Source: an uncultured Verrucomicrobiota bacterium (lineage in GTDB: Bacteria; Verrucomicrobiota; Verrucomicrobiia; Limisphaerales; UBA8199). Taken from it: a stretch of 64,000 bases of DNA. Position numbers and translations under genes: made by a program. The stretch spans positions 26,069-90,068 of the forward strand of contig CAZZFF010000004.1 in the NCBI GenBank assembly GCA_964653485.1, in the 5' to 3' direction. The notes beneath the pieces were generated by a model, which saw only the letters and a program-made list of their open reading frames with translations, did no database searches and had not been told where the DNA came from. This document shows, in pieces, positions 8,142 to 17,715 of the stretch; the stretch's first letter is position 1; each line of letters opens with the position of its first letter.

Positions 8142-10106
8142 GTGAAAGACATAGAAAGGTCCGTCATCTCGTTCCGTTTCATTTCTTGTTTGCTCTTGCA
8201 GATCGGGATGGCCTTTTTGGCAGCGGCCGCGGAGCCGCTGGAAGGCGTTTCGTTTAGCGAGATCACATTCTCCGATACATTCTGGGCGCCCCGGATCGAG
8301 ACCAATCGGGTCGTCACGATCCCGCATCTGCTGCGCGAGCTGGAAAAGCAGGGCTCGCTGGGTGGATTCCGGGTGTTGGCGGGAGACAAATCCGAGGTTT
8401 ATCACGGCTACATGTGGGGCGACTCGGATGTCTATAAGACCGTCGAGGGGATGGCCGCCACGCTCAGGCTGCACTCGGACGCCGGGTTGGCGCGGCAGAT
8501 GGAGCAGACCGTGGGCGGCATCGCGGCCGCCCAGGCCGCGGATGGCTACGTGTTCCCCCACCTGCAGATCAGCGAGCCGGGGTACCGGCACTTCGCGGAA
8601 GAAACCAGCCGGACTTGCGAGTCCTACAGCATCGGCCACTTGATCGAGTCGGCGGTGGAGCACTATCGCTTGACGGGGCGGAGCAATTACCTCGATGTCG
8701 CATGCAGAGCCGCGGACCTGGTGCGCCGCACCCGCTCGACCGGGGAGTTGCTGCGCGTTTCGGGACATCCTGAAGTCGAGTTGGCCCTGGTCAAGCTCTA
8801 CCAGGCCACCGGGCAAACGACCTGGCTCGACCTGGCGGCCGCGCTCGTCCGGGGCGCCCGGCAAGTCACGACCCTCTGGTCCGATGGCCATCCGCCGCTG
8901 GAGGGGGACGAAGCCCGAGGGCACGCGGTGGCGATGCTCTACCTCGCCTCGGCCGCCAGCGACGTGGCACGGCTCAAGGGCGACGCGGCGCTGGCCGCAC
9001 TGATGAGCCGCAGATGGACCAACATCGTGGGCAGGAAGCTCTACCTTACGGGCGGCCTCGGTCACAGCAGGCACACCGAAGGCTTCGCTCCGGATTATGA
9101 TCTGCCCAACGATATTGCCTACTGCGAGACCTGCGCGGCCATCGCCAACGTGTTCTGGCAGCATCGCCTGTTCCTGGCCGATGGGGACTCCGCTTACGTG
9201 GACGTGCTGGAACGGTCCCTTTACAACAACGTCCTGGCCGGGGTGGCCATTCAAGGCGACCGCTTCTTTTACGTGAACCCTCTCGCCACGGACGGCCAAT
9301 CCAAGTTCAATCAAGGGGTGGCGGAGCGGTTCGTGTGGACGGGGTGCCCGTGTTGCCCGGTCAACCTGGTGCGTTTCATTCCACAGGTCGGCGGCTATTT
9401 TTACGCCGCGCGAGGTGAGGATGTTTTCTTGAACCTCTTTGCGGCCAGCCAGGCGCGCATTCGCTTGCAACGCGGGGAGCTTGTGCTGCGGCAGGACACC
9501 CGGTATCCGTGGGCCGGGAGAATACGGGTCGAGATACTGGAAGCGCCGGAGGAGCCGGTTACGGTTCATCTTCGCATTCCGGGCTGGGCGAAAGGCCGCC
9601 CCCTGCCCACTGATCTCTATCGATATGCCGAGGCGACCGCCGAGCCGGTTGCGCTACGGCTCAATCGCCAGCCCTTGGTTGTGACCGAGGAGAGGGGCTA
9701 CGCCGTCGTGCGGCGCGCGTGGCGCCCGGGCGATAGCCTTGAGTTGGACCTGCCCATGCCCATCCGCCGCGTGCTGGCCCATCAAAATGTGAAGGACGAC
9801 GCCGGCTGCGTTGCCATCGAGCGCGGCCCCCTGGTTTATTGCGTGGAGGGGGCCGACCACTCCGGGCAGGTGCGGAACCTGATCCTGCCGGATGCGGCCG
9901 AACTGAGGCCCACGGAAGGGTCGAAGCTGCTCGGGGTTGCCGTGACGGTCGAGGCGGCGGGCCAGCGGGTTGTCGAAGGAAATCACAGCCGGCTGGAGCC
10001 GGCAACACTGAGGCTCATCCCTTATTACGCCTGGAACCACCGCGGCCCCGGACCAATGACAGTCTGGATGCCCCGCGCGGCATTGCCCCACGGCACCCCG
10101 AAGTGA
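8142..10106 (+). CDS. Glycoside hydrolase family 127 (beta-L-arabinofuranosidase, DUF1680)
   Basis: FSDTFWAPRIE..., ETCAAIAN and the GCPCCPVNLVRF Cys cluster are characteristic of HypBA1-type GH127. A GTG at 8142 gives a signal-like N-terminus; an alternative ATG is at 8208. Confidence 0.8.
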   Translation: MKDIERSVISFRFISCLLLQIGMAFLAAAAEPLEGVSFSEITFSDTFWAPRIETNRVVTIPHLLRELEKQGSLGGFRVLAGDKSEVYHGYMWGDSDVYKTVEGMAATLRLHSDAGLARQMEQTVGGIAAAQAADGYVFPHLQISEPGYRHFAEETSRTCESYSIGHLIESAVEHYRLTGRSNYLDVACRAADLVRRTRSTGELLRVSGHPEVELALVKLYQATGQTTWLDLAAALVRGARQVTTLWSDGHPPLEGDEARGHAVAMLYLASAASDVARLKGDAALAALMSRRWTNIVGRKLYLTGGLGHSRHTEGFAPDYDLPNDIAYCETCAAIANVFWQHRLFLADGDSAYVDVLERSLYNNVLAGVAIQGDRFFYVNPLATDGQSKFNQGVAERFVWTGCPCCPVNLVRFIPQVGGYFYAARGEDVFLNLFAASQARIRLQRGELVLRQDTRYPWAGRIRVEILEAPEEPVTVHLRIPGWAKGRPLPTDLYRYAEATAEPVALRLNRQPLVVTEERGYAVVRRAWRPGDSLELDLPMPIRRVLAHQNVKDDAGCVAIERGPLVYCVEGADHSGQVRNLILPDAAELRPTEGSKLLGVAVTVEAAGQRVVEGNHSRLEPATLRLIPYYAWNHRGPGPMTVWMPRAALPHGTPK

Positions 10107-10228
10107 AAAAAGAGGGTTGACTCGCCGCCGGAAGCGGCTCAGTTAGTAGATATATGGCCGTGACAAGTCCGGAGCCTGCGGGAGGCAGGCCTGGAGAATG
10201 AAAATGTCCGAATCGCCAAACGTGTTTT

Positions 10229-13200
10229 ATGAACCTGCGCGCGCATCTCAAACTGATGAAACCCCGAATGCTCCTTCACCAACGGACGACTGCAATGGTT
10301 GTCCTGGGGACGCTCCTGGCGATGCAGGGCGGGGCCTCGGCGGCCGGCCCGGGTGACGCTCCTCTGCTGTTGCGCGACCCCTCGGTGAGCCGCAGCCAGA
10401 TCGTGTTCCAGTTTGCGGGGAGCTTGTGGCTCGTCAGCCGCCAGGGAGGCGACGCGCGACGCCTGACCACCGGGGGCCACGAGCGGCATCCGATTTTCTC
10501 TCCGGACGACTCGTGGGTGGCATTCACCGGGGAGTACGACGGCAACCCGGATGTTTATTTGGTGCCGGCGACGGGCGGGGTGCCCCGGCGCCTGACGTAT
10601 CATCCCGGCTCGGACAACGTCCTGGGCTGGACGCCCGACGGCAAGCAGGTGCTCTTCCGGTCCGACCGGGCGAGTTTCACTGGCGGGGCGCCGCGGCTCT
10701 TCACCATGGCAATCGACGGCGTGTTTCCCGCCGAAGTCCCGCTGCCGCGCGCCGCCGAGGGGTCCTTTTCGGCGGATGGCTCGCATTTAGCTTATGTGCC
10801 CAACGTGCAGTGGCAGCGCGCGTGGAAGCGTTACCGGGGCGGACAAACGCGCTCGATCTGGATAGCGAACCTTGGGGACTCGAGCATCGAGGCGAAAATT
10901 CCGCGGGACAACTCGAACGACTTCAACCCGATGTGGGTCGGCAACACCATCTACTTTCTCTCCGACCGCAACGGCCCGGTGACGCTTTTTGCCTTCGACA
11001 CCAGGTCCAAAGAGGTCACGCAGGTCGTCCCCAACGACGGCCTGGACATCAAGTCGGCCTCGGCCGGGCCTGGAGCCATCGTTTACGAACAGTTCGGTTC
11101 GCTGCACTTGCTCGATCTCAGCTCCGGGCAGAACCAAGCCCTCGACATCCGCGTCGCGGGCGATCTGCCGGAGGTGAGACCTCACTTCCGCAAGATAGAG
11201 CCGAAGCAAATCCAATCGGCCGCTCTCTCCCCGACCGGCGCCAGGGCCGTGTTCGGCGCGCGCAGCGAGATTTTCACCGTGCCGGCCGAAAAGGGGGACA
11301 TCCGCAACCTGACCCAAACTCCGGCCGTGGTCGAGCGAGACCCGGCCTGGTCGCCCGATGGCAAGTCAATCGCCTACCTGTCGGACGAGTCGGGGGAGTA
11401 CGCCCTCCACATCCGCGATCAGAGCGGGTCGGGCGAAGCGCGGAAAATCGCGCTGGGCCAGCCGCCGACGTTTTATTACTCGCCGACGTGGTCCCCGGAT
11501 TCAAAGAAGATCGCCTACACGGATAAGCGGCTCAACGTGTGGTATTTGGACCTGGACAAGAAGACGCCCACGCCCGAGCGCGTGGATGCCGACACCTACG
11601 CCGGGCCCTTCACGCTGCTGGGTCCGGTCTGGTCGCCGGATAGCCGTTGGCTGGCGTACACCAAGCAACTGCGGAATCACCTGCACGCGGTATTTGTCTA
11701 TTCGCTGGAGCAAGGCCGGAGCCGCCAACTCACCGACGGAATGAGCGACGCGCTATTCGCCGCCTTCGACAGGGAGGGCAAGTATCTCTACTTCACCGCG
11801 AGCACGGATACCGGGTTGAACACCGGCTGGCTGGACATGTCCAGCTTGAGCCGCCCGGTCACCCGCAGCGTGTACGTGGCAGTGCTCAGGAAGGACATTC
11901 CTTCGCCCCTCGCGCCGGAGAGCGACGAGGAGAAAGCGCCCGAAGGCGACACGGCCAAGAAAGCGGAGTCCGCAGACGCAGCGAAGAGCAAAGACAAAGA
12001 GCCACCGCCCGCCAGGGTGAGCATCGACTTCGACGGCATCGGCCAGCGCATCCTGGCCCTGCCCATCCCGGCCCGCAATTACGAGGCGCTGACCGCCGGC
12101 AAGACCGGCGTGGTGTTCGTGGTGGAAGGGCCGGCGGTGGACTTGCCCCAGAGAGACGAAGAAGGGCCGGCGCTCATGGTTCACAAGTTCGATCTCAAGA
12201 CGCGCAAGACCGAGAAGATACTCGATGATGTGAACGCCTTCGAGTTGTCCTTCAACGGGGAGAAGATGCTCTTCCGCCGCAAGGACCAGTGGACGGTAGC
12301 CCCCGCCGAGAAGCCGTCTGAAGGCCCTGCAAAGCCCGGAGAGGGAGGGCCGCTCAAGCTCGACTCGATGGAGGCGTATATCGATCCGCGCGCGGAGTGG
12401 AAACACATCTATTACCAGGCATGGCGCGACGAACGGGATTTCCTCTACGACCCGGGCTTGCACGGCCTGGATTTGGAAGCCGTCAGGAAACGCTACGAGC
12501 CGTATTTGGAGAACCTCTCCAGCCGCGATGACTTGAATTACCTGTTCGAGGAAATGCTCGGGGAGATCACCATCGGCCACATGTTCGTGGGCGGCGGCGA
12601 CAGGCCGGAGCCTAAGCGGGTCAAAGGAGGGCTGCTCGGGGCCGATTACGTTGTCGAAAATGGCCGGTACCGGTTCGCCCGGGTTTACAATGGGGAGAAC
12701 TGGAACCCGAAGCTGCGCGCTCCTTTAACGCAGCCCGGAGTCAACGTGACGGCGGGCGAATACCTGCTGGCGGTCAACGGCCGAAACCTAACTGCCCAAG
12801 ACAATCTCTATCGGCATTTCGAGGAGACGGCGGGCAAGGCCGTCGTGCTGAGGGTGGGCCCCGACCCCGCGGGAGCCGGGGCGCGCGATGTGACGGTGGT
12901 GCCCGTGGAGGACGAGTTCGCGTTGCGCAACCTGGCCTGGATCGAAGGCAACCGCAGGAAGGTGGATGAACTGACGGGCGGGCGTGTGGCCTACGTGTAC
13001 CTGCCCGATACCTACGCCGGCGGCTACGGCAATTTCAACCGTTACTACTTTGCCCAGGTCGGCAAGGACGCGGTGGTGATCGACGAGCGGTTCAACGGCG
13101 GAGGCGACATCGCGGATTATATCATCGATTATCTGCGCCGGCCGCTCTTGAGTTATTGGACCTTGCGCGAAGGGCAGGACATCACATCGCCCATCGAGGC

Positions 13201-13588
13201 CATCTTCGGTCCCAAGGTGATGATCATCAACGAAATGGCCGGTTCGGGCGGCGATATGCTTCCCTGGATGTTCCGACAGACGGGCCTCGGCCCGCTGGTG
13301 GGTAAAAGGACCTGGGGAGGACTGGTCGGACACTACACCAACCCCGACGACCTGCTGGACGGGGGCTTTGTAGGCACGCCGGACCTGGCCTTTTATACTC
13401 CCCATGCCACATGGGAGATCGAAAATCACGGCGTCCCGCCGGACGTCGAGGTGGAAGACGACCCGAAACTCGCCCGCCAAGGGCATGACGCGCAATTGGA
13501 GAGGGCCGTCGAGGTGGTGATGGACTCGCTCAAGAAGAACCCGCCGCCAACCCCCCAGCGGCCTCCCTATCCCAATTACCATAAGTGA
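10229..13588 (+). CDS. Tricorn protease homolog (S41 peptidase with beta-propellers and PDZ)
   Basis: 1119 aa with a signal peptide and repeated SPDG-type propeller blades (FSPDDSWVAF, WSPDGKSIAY, WSPDSKKIAY, WSPDSRWLAY). The C-terminal S41 core contains NEMAGSGGDMLP. Confidence 0.85.
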   Translation: MNLRAHLKLMKPRMLLHQRTTAMVVLGTLLAMQGGASAAGPGDAPLLLRDPSVSRSQIVFQFAGSLWLVSRQGGDARRLTTGGHERHPIFSPDDSWVAFTGEYDGNPDVYLVPATGGVPRRLTYHPGSDNVLGWTPDGKQVLFRSDRASFTGGAPRLFTMAIDGVFPAEVPLPRAAEGSFSADGSHLAYVPNVQWQRAWKRYRGGQTRSIWIANLGDSSIEAKIPRDNSNDFNPMWVGNTIYFLSDRNGPVTLFAFDTRSKEVTQVVPNDGLDIKSASAGPGAIVYEQFGSLHLLDLSSGQNQALDIRVAGDLPEVRPHFRKIEPKQIQSAALSPTGARAVFGARSEIFTVPAEKGDIRNLTQTPAVVERDPAWSPDGKSIAYLSDESGEYALHIRDQSGSGEARKIALGQPPTFYYSPTWSPDSKKIAYTDKRLNVWYLDLDKKTPTPERVDADTYAGPFTLLGPVWSPDSRWLAYTKQLRNHLHAVFVYSLEQGRSRQLTDGMSDALFAAFDREGKYLYFTASTDTGLNTGWLDMSSLSRPVTRSVYVAVLRKDIPSPLAPESDEEKAPEGDTAKKAESADAAKSKDKEPPPARVSIDFDGIGQRILALPIPARNYEALTAGKTGVVFVVEGPAVDLPQRDEEGPALMVHKFDLKTRKTEKILDDVNAFELSFNGEKMLFRRKDQWTVAPAEKPSEGPAKPGEGGPLKLDSMEAYIDPRAEWKHIYYQAWRDERDFLYDPGLHGLDLEAVRKRYEPYLENLSSRDDLNYLFEEMLGEITIGHMFVGGGDRPEPKRVKGGLLGADYVVENGRYRFARVYNGENWNPKLRAPLTQPGVNVTAGEYLLAVNGRNLTAQDNLYRHFEETAGKAVVLRVGPDPAGAGARDVTVVPVEDEFALRNLAWIEGNRRKVDELTGGRVAYVYLPDTYAGGYGNFNRYYFAQVGKDAVVIDERFNGGGDIADYIIDYLRRPLLSYWTLREGQDITSPIEAIFGPKVMIINEMAGSGGDMLPWMFRQTGLGPLVGKRTWGGLVGHYTNPDDLLDGGFVGTPDLAFYTPHATWEIENHGVPPDVEVEDDPKLARQGHDAQLERAVEVVMDSLKKNPPPTPQRPPYPNYHK

Positions 13589-13664
13589 GAGCCCGGATGC
13601 CGCAGGTCGGAAGGGGAGCGAGAGGTGCGGGACAGCCCATACGCGTCGGGTTAAGATAAAGCCT

Positions 13665-13915
13665 CCACGCCCCAACCCCAAAGGGGTTGTGTAGCAAAGC
13701 CCAGGGTTGGACCGAAGGGACAACCCTGGGTAACGGCGCCGATGCGCCTCAACCCCAACGGGGTTGTGGCCCGGCGGACGGAAGACCGGTTGCATTCGTT
13801 GCCCGCAGGCCTCAACCCCGTTGGGGTTAAGGGCCCTTCCATCACCGTTACCCAGGGTTGTCCCTCCGGTCCAACCCTGGGCTTTGTTACACAACCGCGT
13901 TGCGGTTGAGAGGCT
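13665..13915. repeat. Cluster of REP-like palindromic elements
   Basis: Two inverted copies of a ~50-bp element lie at ~13690-13745 and ~13845-13900, each with an internal palindrome (cccagggttg...caaccctggg). At least four short caacccc-N3-4-ggggttg type hairpins accompany them. Confidence 0.7.
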
Positions 13916-13974
13916 GCGAACACCACTTTGGGCTGGAAATCCCCCCCCCACACTTTTGGACAGCCTGGCATCCA

Positions 13975-14095
13975 CGCCACATTCCCAATCCGCGGTTTAC
14001 ATCCACCTCGTTTTCTCCACCTGGTGGGCGGCGTCGAGGACCATGTCCATATCCTCGCGCGGTTTGGACCTACGATCATGCAGGCGCCGTGCAAG
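13975..14095 (+). pseudogene. Relic of an IS200/RAYT-type (COG1943) Y1 transposase
   Basis: One frame reads SQSAVYIHLVFST. The next frame continues directly with GGVEDHVHILARFGPTI. These are the two conserved blocks of REP-associated tyrosine transposases, joined by an internal deletion and frameshift and then truncated. Confidence 0.55.
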
Positions 14096-14103
14096 GGGGC
14101 GGG

Positions 14104-16002
14104 TCATTCCTGCGGCAAAATCTCAGGCATGGTGAGCACGACGCCTTCCTTTCGCAGAATCTCAAGCCGGCGCAGGACGGAGGTGACTGCCGCGGCGCTC
14201 CGAGGGTCAAGTGTTTGCATGCAGGAGGCCGCGAGTTTGAGGAGGGGGTCCTCGCCGGCGGCGACTCCGACCTGCGCGCTCACATCTTTGTCGCCGGAAA
14301 GCTGCTCCATCAACTGTTCGAGGAAGTTCTTAGGCTCGGGAACCACACGCACGTCGTAGTCCTTGACTTTGGCCTGGTCGGCCACAAAGGCGATCGCATC
14401 GCTCATGGTCCCCAGGCGGTCGACCAGTCCCAGGTCCAGCGCCTGTTTGCCGGTATAGACCCGGCCGCCGGCCAGTTCATCGATGGGCTTCTTGAGACGC
14501 TTGCCGCGGATGTCGGTTACGTGGGTCTTGAAGACGCCATAGACTTCATCCATGAAGGCGCGCATCCGGGCGCGCTCGCTCTCGGTGAAGACGTCATGCG
14601 CGGAGAGGATGCCGGCGTTCTGTCCGCGTTTGTAGTCTTTGAAGGTGATGCCTATCTTATTCCACATGTCGATCGTCCCGAGTTTCCCTCCGACGACGCC
14701 GATGGAACCGGTCAGCGTCGTCGCATCGGCGAAAATAGTGTCGGCGGCGCAGGCGACGTAATAACCCCCGCTGCCGGCCACGTCGCCCATGGAGACCACG
14801 AAGGGCTTTTTGGCCTTCACGCGCTTGGTGGCGTCGAGGATGATCTCGCTGGCCGTGACGGAGCCTCCGGGTGAATCGACGCGCAAGACGACGGCCTTGA
14901 CCGAATCATCCTCCGCCGCTTTCTGCAGGGCCTCCAGCACGTCGGTGCTAAACGCCATCTCCATGCTCCCGAACGGGTTGGCCCGGCCTCTTCCGGTGAC
15001 GATGGGGCCGTTGACATGGACAATGCCGATGGCGGGCCTGGCTCCCGTTTTTTTCTGGGGTCCGTGCATGAGGTCTCCAAGAATCTTGAAAAGGGCGAAC
15101 GGAGAGGAGAGGTCCAACTCGGGTTGGGTCTTGCGTCCGTAATGGGTGTCAAAGTCAAGGTCTTTGCCGTACCGCTCCTTGAGCATCGATTCAAAGTCCT
15201 GCGATTGCTCGACGGCATCGATCAACCCGGCGGTCTTGGCTTGGTCGGCGCTAAACAGGGCGCTGTCGAGCCAGCCTTGGACCTTGGCGGGGTCGGCCTT
15301 CCGGCCCTGGGCGATCAGGTCTTTGAAGCTGGCGTACCAACTGTCCATGAGCCAATTCATCATCTCGTCGGCTTCGGGGCTGGGCTGCTCGCGTGTGAAG
15401 AGCTCGGCCGCGCTCTTGTAGGCCCCTTCGGTCAGGAAGTCGGGTTTGACCCCGATCTTGTCCAGCAGCCCGCGCACGTGCAACGAGCTGGCGTGCAGGC
15501 CGGGGATGAGCACCACGCCGGTCGGCACGACACTGACGCGCGAGGCCCCGCAGGCGAGGGCATACTGCGCCATCAACAGCGATTCCGCATGGACGTATAC
15601 CTCCTTGCCACGGCTGCGGACCAGGTGCATCGCCTCGCGCAATTCCTCGATTTGGGCCGACCCCAAAGACTCGGATTCGGGCAGGATGAGCACCGCTTTG
15701 ACGTTTGGGTCGTCCGCGGCCTTGGCCAGGCGCGCCACGAGCTCGCCCAGAGAGACTTCGGGCGGACCGAACATCGGGAAGGCGTCCCCGGACGGCACCT
15801 CGGCGAGCGGGCCGGCGAGCCGAAAGACCGCAACGACAGTCCTGGATTTGTCGTTGGACGGCGGGTCGTCCCGCCTGGCTTGCGCGGGGGTTGCGCTCAG
15901 CGTTAGCGCCAGGACCGCGGCCACCAGCACTGCCGATGCCGGGACACGGCTCTTCAGGAAGCTGGCGCGGGAAGGCATGAATGGGTGATTGGTCGTGCTC
16001 AT
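14104..16002 (-). CDS. sppA: Signal peptide peptidase SppA, 67K type
   Basis: 632 aa with two S49 domains (DSPGGSVTASE, MGDVAGSGGYYVACAAD...TGSIGV) and an N-terminal TM/signal segment. Confidence 0.9.
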   Translation of the reverse strand: MSTTNHPFMPSRASFLKSRVPASAVLVAAVLALTLSATPAQARRDDPPSNDKSRTVVAVFRLAGPLAEVPSGDAFPMFGPPEVSLGELVARLAKAADDPNVKAVLILPESESLGSAQIEELREAMHLVRSRGKEVYVHAESLLMAQYALACGASRVSVVPTGVVLIPGLHASSLHVRGLLDKIGVKPDFLTEGAYKSAAELFTREQPSPEADEMMNWLMDSWYASFKDLIAQGRKADPAKVQGWLDSALFSADQAKTAGLIDAVEQSQDFESMLKERYGKDLDFDTHYGRKTQPELDLSSPFALFKILGDLMHGPQKKTGARPAIGIVHVNGPIVTGRGRANPFGSMEMAFSTDVLEALQKAAEDDSVKAVVLRVDSPGGSVTASEIILDATKRVKAKKPFVVSMGDVAGSGGYYVACAADTIFADATTLTGSIGVVGGKLGTIDMWNKIGITFKDYKRGQNAGILSAHDVFTESERARMRAFMDEVYGVFKTHVTDIRGKRLKKPIDELAGGRVYTGKQALDLGLVDRLGTMSDAIAFVADQAKVKDYDVRVVPEPKNFLEQLMEQLSGDKDVSAQVGVAAGEDPLLKLAASCMQTLDPRSAAAVTSVLRRLEILRKEGVVLTMPEILPQE

Positions 16003-16145
16003 GGTTGATAATTGTCGTCTTCATAACGCACACCCGCGGGCGGGAGTCAAGCTCAAGCGAGATTTGGAGCATACGGTGAACATCTCCGATTCTCCGGGGC
16101 AACCATTGGCTTGCTGGGACACTATTCAGGTGTTACTTTCGCGGC

Positions 16146-16394
16146 GTGGGCATAGTCACGGCAAAGCAACTGCACCAGGAGACCAAGGCGGTCCTGAACC
16201 AGCTTGAGCAGGGCGAGTCTTTGGTCATCACCCGCAATGGCCGGACTATCGGGCGGATTGAGCCCTTGCCCGCCGCTGAGCCAGCCGGCTGGCCCGACAT
16301 CATGGCTGAAGTCTGGCGCGCGCAAAGGGGTGTCAAGTCGAACGAACATGTTCCCAACCCGGTGTTGCTGGAGCGGCAACGCCGGCGGCGATGA
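16146..16394 (+). CDS. Type II antitoxin, Phd/YefM-like
   Basis: GTG start; IVTAKQLHQETKAVLNQLEQGESLVITRNGRTIGRIEPL. A 4-nt overlap links it to the downstream PIN gene. Confidence 0.7.
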   Translation: MGIVTAKQLHQETKAVLNQLEQGESLVITRNGRTIGRIEPLPAAEPAGWPDIMAEVWRAQRGVKSNEHVPNPVLLERQRRRR

Positions 16395-16819
16395 AGATTT
16401 ATGCCGATACTTCAGCTTTGATCGCATGGTTCCACCCAGCGGATGAGTTTGCGCAGGACGTAACGAATTGGTGTCGGGAACGGTCACCCGAGTTCAGTTG
16501 GAACCCTGTGCTGCGAATCGAACTGCGCCACAATCTTCGCCGGCTTTCCGGGAACTATGCCACGATGGCGTGGCATGCCTACCGAGCGAGTGAAACATCC
16601 CGAAAGCTGAGGCTGGAAATTCATCGATTGTCTGATCTCTTGGAGTGGGGCGATGAATTGAGTGGCCGATACGCCCAAGGCTCTCGTGCCGGCACTTGGG
16701 ATTTTGTCCACGTTGCCGCCGCACACCACACCGCAGCGGAAGTGTTCCTCACTTGCGACGTCGCGCAGGCGGAGCTGGCCCGCGCCGCCGGACTAACGCA
16801 GGTTCATCTTATTGGGTAG
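16391..16819 (+). CDS. vapC: PIN-domain toxin (VapC-like)
   Basis: MKIYADTSALIAWF (first acidic PIN residue) ...DFVHVAAA...LTCD. 142 aa, overlapping the antitoxin gene. Confidence 0.8.
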   Translation: MKIYADTSALIAWFHPADEFAQDVTNWCRERSPEFSWNPVLRIELRHNLRRLSGNYATMAWHAYRASETSRKLRLEIHRLSDLLEWGDELSGRYAQGSRAGTWDFVHVAAAHHTAAEVFLTCDVAQAELARAAGLTQVHLIG

Positions 16820-16875
16820 AGAGGGAGAGCCTCGACCGGCTCGACAATGGTGGCCGGGTCCTATAACTTGGGTCT

Positions 16876-17184
16876 GTGGCGCAGACGGCCGCACCAGAGT
16901 TGCTGCCTGGAACCGTCCAGGAGGCAGAGGAAAAGCCACGCTCGGACCTGGAGCCTGGCTATACGGTGATTTGCTGGAACGACCCGGTCAACTACATGGA
17001 GTACGTCACGCACGTGTTCCAGATCGTCTTTGGCTGGGCGCGCCGGAAGGCGGAGTTTCACATGCTCCAGGTGCATGAGCAGGGGAAGAGCGTGCTGGTG
17101 CGCGAGAGCATGGAGAAGGCCGAGCATTACGTCCATCAGCTTCAGAAATACAGTCTCCACGCCACGATGGAGCGGGACAAGTGA
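16876..17184 (+). CDS. clpS: ATP-dependent Clp protease adaptor ClpS
   Basis: YTVICWNDPVNYMEYVTHVFQIVFG...AEFHMLQVHEQGKSVLV, the ClpS core; 102 aa. Confidence 0.9.
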   Translation: MAQTAAPELLPGTVQEAEEKPRSDLEPGYTVICWNDPVNYMEYVTHVFQIVFGWARRKAEFHMLQVHEQGKSVLVRESMEKAEHYVHQLQKYSLHATMERDK

Positions 17185-17645
17185 ACTTGATTCGGTCAAC
17201 CGGGCAGCAGCTCCAGTTTCGGCTGGGCAGGCGGGAGAAGCAGGTGCTGTTGGATTTGCTCGGGCTCTATCCCTGCTTGCCCGCGGCGCGCCAACCGCTG
17301 AGCAAGGCCGGAGGGTTGCCCGACGCGGCGGGGAGCCAGGCATTGCTGGATGAGGCGCTGGCGGAGCAGCGGCGGGAGAACCGGGGGCAGTTGCAGGCCC
17401 TGCTGGCCGACCCGCGGCGATTCCAGGAGCAGGAGACAGGCTGGCGTCTCTCGCTCTCGCCGGCCGACCTCGAGTGGCTGCTCCAGATTCTCAACGACAT
17501 TCGAGTCGGGAGCTGGGTCCTGCTCGGCTCCCCGGAGGGCCGGTTGGCCCGACTCGACGAGAAGACCGCCGCGCACTATTGGGCGATGGAAATGTCCGGC
17601 CAATTTCAAGTGCAGTTTCTTGAAGCGCTGCAGGACCCGAATTGA
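17181..17645 (+). CDS. ClpS-associated hypothetical protein (possibly DUF2017-like)
   Basis: 154 aa. Its GTG start overlaps the clpS stop (GTGA), and it lies between clpS and aat. Confidence 0.55.
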   Translation: MNLIRSTGQQLQFRLGRREKQVLLDLLGLYPCLPAARQPLSKAGGLPDAAGSQALLDEALAEQRRENRGQLQALLADPRRFQEQETGWRLSLSPADLEWLLQILNDIRVGSWVLLGSPEGRLARLDEKTAAHYWAMEMSGQFQVQFLEALQDPN

Positions 17646-17715
17646 GCCAAAGACAAGCGGGTTGGGCTCATCCTGGAAGCGAATTGGGAATAGTTGTCAC
17701 GACTCCATAGGCATC

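Noticed and set aside
10426-11526. 366-aa alternative-frame ORF
   Set aside because: It lies inside the tricorn-like protease gene in another frame. Its composition is Arg/Pro/Gly-rich, which is typical of off-frame high-GC translation.
13651-14874. ORFs 13651..14094 (-), 13764..14135 (+), 13858..14874 (+) and 12788..13975 (-)
   Set aside because: They translate the REP-like palindromes (for example GLCYTTPLGL peptides) or the antisense of sppA and the tricorn gene. They are not genes. Only the short RAYT relic is meaningful.
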